This document shows, piece after piece, positions 1 to 11,081 of a DNA stretch of 64,000 bases. Made by a program: the position numbers and the translations under genes. Where the stretch lies: assembly GCF_037042905.1 (NCBI RefSeq), contig NC_087246.1, positions 64,728,001 to 64,792,000 of the forward strand, written 5' to 3'. The notes below the pieces were generated by a model. It saw nothing but the letters and a program-made list of their open reading frames with translations, was not told the origin of the DNA and did not search any database. This DNA comes from Lytechinus pictus (lineage: Eukaryota). Every line of letters starts with the position of its first letter. Position 1 is the first letter of the stretch.

Positions 1-1250
1 TTCCTACTTTTCTCTTTTCACTCTATCCCCCCTCAGACATTTCAATCCCCCTGTCCGCTGCTTATAAACCCCCAAAAGAAAACCCCTTTTCTCGCCCTCC
101 GGGCCAACACGAATTATGAGAATCTTGGTTTGTTCATCACTCTATACTAGCACCTTAATATGCCCAACAACTTTTCAATATTGCTTTATTCCGTATTTTC
201 ATGAAGCTTGTCACTCTATACTAGCACCTTAATATGCCCAACAACTTTTATATATTGCTTTATTCCGTATTTTCATGAAATTTGTCACTCTATACTAGCA
301 CCTTAATATGCCCAAAAGAATTTTGAATAAAATTTGCTTTTCCTACTTTTCTCTTTCGCTCTATCCCCCCTCAGACATTTCAATCCCCCTGTCCGCTGCT
401 TATATACCCCCAAAAGAAAACCCCTTTTCTCGCCCTCCGGGCCAACACGAATTATTAGAATCTTGGCTTGTTCATCACTCTATACTAGCACCTTAATATG
501 CCCAACAACTTTTCAATATTGCTTTATTCCGTATTTTCATGAAGCTTGTCACTCTATACTAGCACCTTAATATGCCCAACAACTTTTATATATTGCTTTA
601 TTCCGTATTTTCATGAAATTTGTCACTCTATACTAGCACCTTAATATGCCCAAAAGAATTTTGAATAAAATATGCCTTTCCTACTTTTCTCTTTTCGCTC
701 TATCCCCCCTCAGACATTTCAATCCCCCTGTCCGCTGCTTATATACCCCCAAAAGAAAACCCCTTTTCTCGCCCTCCGGGCCAACACGAATTATGAGAAT
801 CTTGGCTTGTTCATCACTCTATACTAGCACCTTAATATGCCCAACAACTTTTCAATATTGCTTTATTCCGTATTTTCATGAAGCTTGTCACTCTATACTA
901 GCACCTTAATATGCCCAAAAGAATTTTGATTAAAATATGCTTTCCTACTTTTCTATTTTCGCTCTATCCCCCCTCAGACATTTCAATCCCCCTGTCCGCT
1001 GCTTATATACCCCCAAAAGAAAACCCCTTTTCTCGCCCTCCGGGCCAACACGAATTATTAGAATCTTGGCTTGTTCATCACTCTATACTAGCACCTTAAT
1101 ATGCCCAACAACTCTTCAATATTGCTTTATTCCGTATTTTCATGAAGCTTGTCACTCTTTACTATCACCTTAATATGCCCAACAACTTTTCTATATTGCT
1201 TTATTCCGTGTATTTATGAAGTTTGTCACTCTATACTAGCACCTTAATAT
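1..1250. repeat. Minisatellite with higher-order structure (74-bp and ~190-bp monomers; ~338-bp higher-order unit)
   Basis: The core CACTCTATACTAGCACCTTAATATGCCCA recurs at 138, 212, 286, 476, 550, 624, 815, 889, 1079, 1153 and ~1227, with spacings 74,74,190,74,74,191,74,190,74,74. The ORFs at 308-1173 are translations of this repeat. Confidence 0.95.
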
Positions 1251-4200
1251 ACCCACAGAATATTAAGTTGTGTTCAAAAATTTATATATCGCTTTATTCT
1301 GTATTTTGATAAGTTTGTCACTTCATACCAGCACCTTAATATGCCAACATTTCTGTCTTGCTTTATTCTGTATATTTTGTATGCAGTCACTCTATACTGC
1401 ATCAAATTAATACGGACTAAAGCAATAGAGAATTAAGAATCTTGGCTCGATCATCACTTAGTACTTTATGCCCACAAACTTTTCTTTATTCCGTATTTTG
1501 GTAAAGCTTGTCACTCTTTATTAGCACCTTAATAATTATGCCCCCCCCAAAAAAAATATATATATATTATTGCGTTTCAACTTTACTATATCGGTTTTTA
1601 CGTATTTTGTTGAAGTTTTTATACTAACACCCTAATATGCCTCCCATTTTTGTTGCCTTACTTTTCCTTCGCTCTACCCCCCGCCCAGCCAGACATTTCA
1701 AACCCAGAACACCACTTTTCCCGCCCTCCGGTCAATAGTAATTATTAGAATCTCGGTTGATTCGTCCTTATGCTCACCAAGTTTTCTCTATAAGCTTTAT
1801 CCCGTATTTAGTGAAGTTTGTCACTATACTAGCACCTTAATCAATTTGCCCATCAAAAAATTCAAATCGCGTTTTAACATATGTTTTTCCTTTATTCCGT
1901 ATTTGTAGCTAATCACCTTTGGAATATACATCTGTACCATTAAAAGTTCGTCTTGCTCTTTCTTGAGGAAAATAAAAATAAGCTAACAATTTTGACAAAA
2001 TCCATTTATGATAGAGTGACGATGGAAGAGTAGAAAAGATACGCAAAAATGTTGGACATAATAAGATGCCCTATATAGAGTTTAACAATTACGGAATAAA
2101 GCAATATTGCGAAGGAGGAAAATTAAGAAACAACATAAAAATACAGCATAAAGTGAAAGTTCATGAATAAATAAAATCATGAACAGATGAAAAAAAGAAA
2201 AAAAAAACACAGAGACACGTAATAAAGCAATATACACCATAAAGAATGAAGACTATAAACAAACGTAACAAATTTATTTATTTATTTAAATATCTTTATA
2301 CAGGATAACAAGCTCAGATTCACTGTTTTTAAACATGGTCCTGTTAAAATGGAATAACAATATATACAAACAGATAAAAGTGTAACTTAGGTTCTATACA
2401 AATAGTGAATGAATTCGATATCAATAACATTAAAATCAGAATCATCACTAGTAAAACAATTGTATAAAAATAACATATTCAATTTTTGAGGAATCAATGA
2501 AATGAGAACATTTCTCTCTTCCTTTATTCCATATTTCAAGAAATTTGGGCCTGCATGTATACTAGCAACTTAATATGCCCAACTTTTCTATATTGCTTTA
2601 TTCCGTATATTTATGAAGTTTGTCACTCTATACTAGCACCTTAATATACCCACAGAATATTAAATTGTGTTCAAAATTTTCTATATCGCTTTATTCCGTA
2701 TTTTGATAAGTTTGTCACTGTCTTTATACCAGCACCTTAATATGCCAACATTTCTGTATTGCTTTATTTTTTTTTTATGCAGTCACTCTATACTGCATCA
2801 AATTGATACGGACTAAAGCAATAGAGAATTAAGAATCTTGGCTCGATCATCACTTAGTACTTTATGCCCACAAACTTTTCTTTATTACTTTATTCCGTAT
2901 TTTGGTGAAGCTTAATTGTCACTCTTTATTAGCACCTAAATAACTATGCCCCCCCCAAAAAAAAAAAAAAAATTTATTATTGCGTTTCAACTTTACTATA
3001 TCGGTTTTTACGTATTTTGTTGAAGATTTTATACTAACACCCGAATATGCCTCCCATTTTTGTTGCCTTATATACTTTTCCTTCGCTCTACCCCCCGCCC
3101 AGCCAGACATTTCAAACCCAGAACACCACTTTTCCCGCCCTCCGGTCAATAGTAATTATTAGAATCTCGGTTGATTCGTCCCTATGCTCACCAAGTTTTC
3201 CGTTTTCTCTATAAGCTTTATCCCGTATTTAGTGAAGTTTGTCACTATACTAACACCTTAATCAATTTGCCCATCAAAAAAAATCAAATTGCGTTTTAAC
3301 ATATGTTTTTCCTTTATTCCGTATTTGTAGCTAATCACCTTTGGAATATACATCTGTATCATTAATAGTCCGTCTTGCTCTTTCTTGAGGAAAATAAAAA
3401 TAAGCTTACATTGACAAAATCCATTTATGATAGGGTGACGATGGAAGAGTAGAAAAGATACGCAAAAATGTTGGACATAATAAAGTGCCCTATATAGAGT
3501 TTAACAATTACGGAATAAAGCAATATTGCGAAGGAGGAAAATTGAGAAACAACATAAAAATACAGCATAAAGTGAAAATTCATGAATAAATAAAATCATG
3601 AACAGATGAAAAAAAGAAAAAAAAAGACACAGAGACACGTAATAAAGCAATATACACCATAAAGAATGAAGACTATAAACAAATATAACAAATTTATTTA
3701 TTTATTTAAATATCTTTATACAGGATAACAAGCTCAGATTCACTGTTTTTAAACATGGTCCTGTTAAAATGAAATAACAATATATACAAAAAGATAAAAG
3801 TGTAACTTAGGTTCTATATACAAATAGTGAATAAATTCGATATCAATAACATTAAAATCAGAATCATCACTAGTAAAACAATTGTATAAAAATAACATAT
3901 TCAATTTTTGAGGAATCAATGAAATGAGAACATTTCTCTCTTCCTTTATTCCATATTTCAAGAAATTTGGGCCTGCATGTATACTAGCAACTTAATATGC
4001 CCAACTTTTCTATATTGCTTTATTCCGTATATTTATGAAGTTTGTCACTCTATACTAGCACCTTAATATGCCAACATTTCTGTATTGCTTTATTCTGTAT
4101 ATTTTTTATGCAGTCACTCTATACTGCATCAAATTGATGCGGACTAAAGCAATAGAGAATTAAGAATCTTGGCTCGATCATCACTTAGTACTTTATGCCC

Positions 4201-4922
4201 ACAAACTTTTCTTTATTCCGTATTTTGGTAAAGCTTGTCACTCTTTATTAGCACCTTAATAATTATGCCCCCCCCCAAAAAAAAAAAAAATATATCTATT
4301 ATTGCGTTTCAACTTTACTATATCGGTTTTTACGTATTTTGTTGAAGATTTTATACTCTCACCCGAACATGCCTCCCATTTTTGTTGCCTTATATACTTT
4401 TCCTTCGCTCTACCCCCCGCCCAGACAGACATTTCAAACCCAGAACACCACTTTTCCCGCCCTCCGGTCAATAGTAATTATTAGAATCTCGGTTGATTCG
4501 TCCCTATGCTCACCAAGTTTTCCGTTTTCTCTATAAGCTTTATCCCGTATTTAGTGAAGTTTGTCACTATACTAACACCTTAATCAATTTGCCCATCAAA
4601 AAAAATCAAATTGCGTTTTAACATATGTTTTTCCTTTATTCCGTATTTGTAGCTAATCACCTTTGGAATATACATCTGTATCATTAATAGTCCGTCTTGC
4701 TCTTTCTTGAGGAAAATAAAAATAAACTTACATTGACAAAATCCATTTATGATAGGGTGACGATGGAAGAGTAGAAAAGATACGCAAAAATGTTGGACAT
4801 AATAAAATGCCCTATATAGAGTTTAACAATTACGGAATAAAGCAATAACGCGAAGGAGGAAAATTGAGAAACAACATAAAAATACAGCATAAAGTGAAAG
4901 TTCATGAATATATAAAATCATG
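1180..4922. repeat. ~1.4-kb tandem repeat, about 2.7 copies, built from diverged monomers of the upstream minisatellite
   Basis: Marker GCAGTCACTCTATACTGCATCAAATT occurs at ~1383, ~2779 and ~4110. The third copy breaks off at ~4922. Confidence 0.93.
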
Positions 4923-5779
4923 CATAAAAGTTTATGCATTATGTGCGAGATGCGGCAAGACACATCTTGATGTCAGTGGGGCACGATTGACATGGAGGGC
5001 GCAACTTTTCGCAGAGGATTAGAGTGAGGATTGTTTGAGAGGATTAGAGTGAAGAAAGAAAGGTTTAATGAGAGAGATGATTGATGAGCTTGCCGGGCGA
5101 AAAAAAAATGAGGAAATTTGTTGACTTGGAATATTTTGGCGGAAGGAGTGAAGGAGGTTAAAATTCAATATAACGGGGCATTTATATATAACCAAGAAGG
5201 ATAACGCAAAAGTGAGTATATGAAATTATTTACAATTTCTTGTGCATACTTTTTTTTCCAATTTTGCCGTGCCTACCAAAATGCCACATTTATTTGAAAA
5301 TATCCGAGAAGATCGTATATTGGCGGACCGATAGCGACATGATGTTTGCTGTAGAGGGGATAACTTGGGAGTTTAGAATGAAAAAAAGGAAGCTATATAT
5401 ATGTTAAAATAAAGTTTTAGGCCTACACGCCGACTACGAACATCAAGTGCAAACTAGTTGCGTGAGTTTTTTGTTCCATGTTTAGGCCCCCTGTTGCCTA
5501 AACAGAGAAAAGTTCCGGGTGTTATTTCAGGTGACTCAATATACTCAATAGTAAACGCACATCGTGTTAAAATACATAGCGATAATATAAACGAAGTGAA
5601 AAAAATAACAAAATCCTGTTTGGAATTATTGGTACCATTATCTATAGCCCCTGGATCCTTAAATATATATATTTTCTAATTAATTAAATCACGGATCGTT
5701 GATTCCCTGGCCTGCTAACTGCCGCCGGGGAAACCTCCGTACGACTTGAGCGCTAAACCAGTTTCGGCTGTCAGCTCAT

Positions 5780-5848
5780 CTCATGTGGCGTGCTGACTAC
5801 GATGCTGGACTGCAGATCAAAAGGTTCGAGTTCGATTCCCATCAAGGA
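5780..5848 (+). pseudogene. tRNA-like fragment (tRNA-Cys-like anticodon arm plus T-arm); tRNA pseudogene or SINE head
   Basis: GACTGCAGATCAAAAGGTTCGAGTTCGATTCCC resembles tRNA-Cys GACTGCAGATCAAGAGGT...GTTCRA. There is no clean acceptor stem or D-arm. Confidence 0.4.
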
Positions 5849-8647
5849 CAGAAAAAATAAGGTTAGTAAAACAGTGTTATGTAATATGATATGAAATGAA
5901 ATGTACAGTATGATGAATGAATTGGATGGAATGAATGAATGAGGAATAAATCCACCCACCATGTATCATACAGAAAACACAAAAAGAAAACGAAAATACG
6001 ATGCACATAGTATTTTATTGAAAACCCGCCGATTTCATATATTTTAGTGCCCCTTCACCCCCCCCCCCCCTCCCTAATCCCGCCCCTCTCTCGCACAGCT
6101 GAAATACCCATTAACACGCCACTTCACTGAACGCCGATATCCCGCTGACTGAGCTTTGTTATTGTGCGGTCATGTGTGACACCGGTCGCACATGCTCTTA
6201 CGCACGTCTAGCGATAAGAATTTTCACTGGGCTGAGCAGTTTTAATGGCGCTTGGGCACAATAGCGAATTTGGCCAATACATCTTATACCCACCAGGATG
6301 CGAGTCAGTAATATCAAACAACTACACTCACTACTTGAATCCATGCTTCTGCTTGGCCTTGGCCTGGCACAGGTTCTTCGAAATTTTGATCCCGGGCAAA
6401 CCGGCTGACGTCACTTGGAATTGGATCAAATGGTGTGAATTGCAACTCTTGTACGACTGAATGTTCTGCTTCGGCGGTTGCTGTCCTGTCCACGTTGATG
6501 CATTACCTCTCTCAATGTGACCAAATTGGCTGTGAAAATAATATTCACAGTTTCTTGCTTCTCAGCTCATTCACAATACGGGCACAATTCCTCCCTTTTC
6601 TTGGGTCCTTTCTGCAAATCGAATAGGTACTCAACTTCTAGCTTCTCAAGATAAAAACTCGATAAGCGAAGTGAACTTCGACTTGTACCCGATCAGCTGA
6701 TGAAAACGTGTTTATGGCCTCATATAGGCGTTAGGCTACGATTCAAAGACAAGTCATAACTTTTTTATTCTTATGATTTCTTTCTTTTCTTTCTGTTTAT
6801 TCTTTTACAATCTAATGATATTTTCTCATAATAAAAATTTATAAATGAAAAACGAAATAGTCCCCACTATCTTCTGAAATTCTTTATTTTCCTTACCAAC
6901 GACCAATTGCATTAAAAGGGTCTGCCAGATTAGGCTATGATGATGGCGAGACCGTGAGTGGCTTCGCGAGAGAAGAATGTAAACAAAACGTCATCGTTTG
7001 TCCCTGGATTTTGATATTTGGATTTGGAACCGGGCTTTGTTTGGAACGTTGATTGGAGCATAGTTTTCAGTTACAATTTCAGTTTATTTCTTACTTTTCA
7101 CAAAAAGATACAAATAAATGTCTTTTATAAAAAAAATCGTTTGCATTAAATGCATTAGATTATATAGTCCTAAAACAGATACATGTAGATATAACCCGAT
7201 ATAATGATGGGTTATTTTCTTGTTTTACGAACAGGGTAGCCTATAGCAAAAAATTCATGAATCTGTGCATCATAAAATCAAATATCTGGGTACTGTAATA
7301 TTAAATCCACGATGCCAGGCTATTTGGCACTGTTAGAGCAACCTACAATTTCATATATTTTTTGAAAATTAGAATGCTCGTTTCCATATTTAACATTTTA
7401 GGGCGAAACTGTCTCACTTCGTGTTTTTTTTTTTAACTCAGTTTAAATCCCGCGCGTCCTTGTTATAGCGACAATTGGGCAATTGATTATTGAAATGAGA
7501 TTGTTTTTAAAATGTGAAAACCAGATGATTTGATTTTTCTAGGCTATTGACCTGACCAGAAGCTGTCGATTCTGTCCAAATCATTTATACGCATACTCAA
7601 TGTTTTGTCTATTAAATAAACTTTATGTCTAACAAACTTAGAATGTTCACCAGTGCCCATATCTTCTTATTTTTCAGAGAGTTCACGTTCTAATGTTTCT
7701 GTCCAAGAGTGTTCTCTCAGAAAAAAATGAAGCAAATGACACACGGGATATCCTTAACATGAAAAAAATGGGTAAACTCATGACTCACAATTTAAAAGAA
7801 ATATAATTTCACTTATTTACAACATTTAAATTAATTCAGTAAACAATACCGTATTAGATAGTCGAAACCGGAGTCGAAAGGCCTAACGTTAGGCCTACTG
7901 TAGGCCTATTGAGTGCAAGGGAGTAGATAGATAAAGGTTCTTTCGATGGAAATGGGAACAAAATGAAAGAAATAGAGATTGATGGTGTCATACCTGTTTC
8001 ACAACCAATCCAAATGGAGGGACCGAAGCCCCAAGCCCCCCCCCCCGAAAAAAACCCCTAAAGTAACCAAGATAAAAGAAGATCCTGCTTGTATACGTAT
8101 ATATACCCATCGCGAGAAAATGAAACCATTGTGACGTCACAATCTATTGATCATCGAAAACATGGAAAAGTGCACCTGCGACCTTTTCGGTGATTGGCTC
8201 AAAGTTTCTATTACGTCAGTGGCGTCATTATTGTGACGTCAGTATGTTGTGCCTAAAACGAGGTCGCCTTTTATGACCTCTTGCTGGAAGCGCTGAAAGT
8301 TTGTATTATTACGTGACATGTAAATAAAAAAAAGAAGAAAAAACATTATATTTGAATTAAGAAGTAAGCACTTGAACTCTCAACTCTCAATTTCTTCCCA
8401 AATCAAGTAGGCAAATATTCAGTTCTGAGCAATTAAGGCCTCGTTACATAAATGTAAGTTGTTGAGAAATGAAAATTTTCCATTTAACTTTGCCATTCGC
8501 CGAGAAACCCATGCAATGGGCTTGATTTGCCATTGGTGAAAAGGTAACGATGAATAGAGATGGTGTCAATGTATTTTTGTCAGGGAGGGAGGATGACATA
8601 AAGATGAGTTCAATGTTCAGTGTTGGCATATAGTTGGTGCTGGTGGT

Positions 8648-9049
8648 GGTAAATTGCCAATTCGTCCACTGCCAACTCGTCCACTCACCACATGGCCTAC
8701 CTTCATTTAGTCTAATGCCATTCCGTCCATCAACATTTCGTCTAACAACCATTTCAATAACCATTGGGTCCAATCATCACTTCGTCTAATCACCATTTCG
8801 TCTATTACCATTTCGTCTAATAACCAGTTGGTCTAATACCCATTTTCTTTTCATTCATTTTGCACAATTAACACCGTTTAGTTTAATTAGACCAAATGGT
8901 ATATGGACTATTGGCTATTGGACCAACTGCTTATTAGACGGAATGGCATTAGACTAAATGAAAGTAGACCATGTGGTAAGTAGACGAACTGATGATACAA
9001 CAGATGGTAGTAGACGAGTTGGCAATTGGACGAATTGGATAAATAAACC
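8648..9049. mobile_element. MITE with long imperfect TIRs and internal (CGTCTAA)-type repeats
   Basis: CCAATTCGTCCA.TGCCAACTCGTC at the left end is mirrored at the right end. 8-bp TSD CTGGTGGT (8640-8647) / CTGTTGGT (9050-9057). Confidence 0.8.
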
Positions 9050-9295
9050 CTGTTGGTGGCGTTTAGAAGCAACATTCACCATGGATCCTATATTATATAG
9101 CTCCAGCACCTGATATGAGTTGATTAGACAGCTCGATCAACATGTCAACATGCACCTGTCAGAATCAAACCTGTTTATCGGCATGATAACGTAGCAACGT
9201 GTCACTCGTATCAAGTTCATAATTCATATGTATTAATCATGTTGATAAAAACCTAAAGTTTCATAGTGTCGTTTGACTTTATATTTTGCGTTTGC

Positions 9296-10928
9296 AGGGG
9301 CGGATCCAGCCTTTGCCATTAGGGGGGGGGGGGGCCGGAATTTTTTTAAAGCCATATTTTTCCCCGATCGGCAGCTCGAAGATGATTTTTGGTTTCTTTG
9401 AAGGGGTAGTCCTAATAGTCACTTTTATTCTTATTAATCAACATAAATATATAATATCATAATCTTTATTTATATATGCGAGCGCGAAGCGCGAGCAAAA
9501 GTTTTTGGAAATCTTATGTATTTTTTCCTAAAATTTGAACATTTTATGGGCAATGTTTGTTATCCTGAAAAAGATGCATGTGTATGCAAGTAAATAATTA
9601 CTACGAACGCGAAGCGCGAGCAGAAATGAACTGATGAAAAAGGTACCTGTTAAAGACTGCATGCAGTTAGCCATGAAGGCGTTACATATTTCAACAATCA
9701 AATAATGCGAGCGCGAAGCGCGAGCTGAAAATTTTTGACATTTCTACATAAAGAATGGAATATTTTAATAAATTTTTATAATCGTGAAAAATTTATGCGA
9801 GCGCGAAGCGCGAGCGGAAAAAATCGAGATTTAGACCTAAAAACGAGAGACTCTATTCATGTTTTGTAAATCATGAAAATAATGAGTAATAGGGGATCTT
9901 TCTACATTAATAATGCGAGCACAAAGCGCGAGCAGAAAATTTTGATATTTCGATCTGAAATAAAAGGCAATTTCAGCTCTCTATTTCAATCACTTTGTAA
10001 GAAAATTGTGAGGTGGATATGTATTCATTATTATTACTTTGAGTTTTGACATAGGACCAGCACATCCTGAGGACATGTCATCATATGAAAATGAAGACTA
10101 GCTGTCTTCCTATTCCTCTTGCTAAGCGCGAGATGAAACAAAAGGGACAATTCAATTATTAAATTAATATCTTATTCATTAATGCTGGACATTTTAAGCA
10201 CTTTTGTAATTATAACTAGGATGCATCAGTTGATATTATTATTAACCATTAATGCGAGCGCAAATTGCGAGCCTTATTATTTTATACATTGTCATGAAAA
10301 GGATATTTTAAGTAGTTTGTTGTATATTGATTATCAATATTGAGACATACATAACTCGCCAATCAAAATGCGAGCGTGCAGAGCTAGCTGATACGTTTTG
10401 ACAATCAGACCTGAAAAGGGATATTTTGAAAACTTTATGGAATGCACGAAAATAATAGGTACCTGATAAATCAAAATTTGCGAGCGCGCAGCGCTAGCAG
10501 AAAATGTTAATATTCAGACCATAAAACTGATAATTTTACACAGCACTTTTTAAAAATCAATTTGTAAATCACACAAAATAAATGAAAGCTCGATTTCCGA
10601 GATGAAATATGTTTTGTATATTGACTTCCCAACTTGATATCTAAACTCCATATTGAACACGATATGTAAATCACCTAAAAGACAATGCGATCGCGAAGCG
10701 AGCGAAAACTTTTAATATAAAGTGACATGAAAGATTTTCTTAATTATTTTCCATGTCTTCCCCTCATCTTATTTTATTCATCGTCTTCTTCCTCTTATGT
10801 TTCCACTCCCTTTTCTCCTCTCTCTTCCCTTCTTTTTCTTTTTTTTTTCTCTCCCCTTTTTTATTTTTTTGCTCCGCCAATAGGGGGGGGGGGGGGCCGG
10901 GCCCCTCGCCCCCCTGGATCCGCCTATG
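9296..10928. mobile_element. Non-autonomous DNA transposon (hAT-like termini) with internal GCGAGCGCGAAGCGCGAGC repeats
   Basis: TIRs CAGGGGCGGATCCAG / CTGGATCCGCCTATG, with about ten dispersed copies of the GCGAGCGCGAAGCGCGAGC motif. The TSD is not clean. Confidence 0.8.
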
Positions 10929-11081
10929 CGTTTAAGACTTATAATGAAATCCATAATCTTAACAACTTCGCAAATACATGGATCAGCAACTGAACTGAAT
11001 ATATTGTTGATGATGACTCAAACTATAACACGTCTGACTGGTGTAAAGTTCCCCGAACCACAGGATTGGATGTACACAACT

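Noticed and set aside
1-1250. CRISPR-like array (29-bp repeat with spacers) and repeated short ORFs
   Set aside because: The spacers are themselves repeated, the context is eukaryotic and no cas genes are present. The ORFs are incidental translations of the satellite.
6245-6660. GC-balanced, coding-looking segment with short ORFs on both strands
   Set aside because: All frames are interrupted by stops and I recognise no motif. It may be a transposon relic but I cannot support a call; BLASTX would decide.
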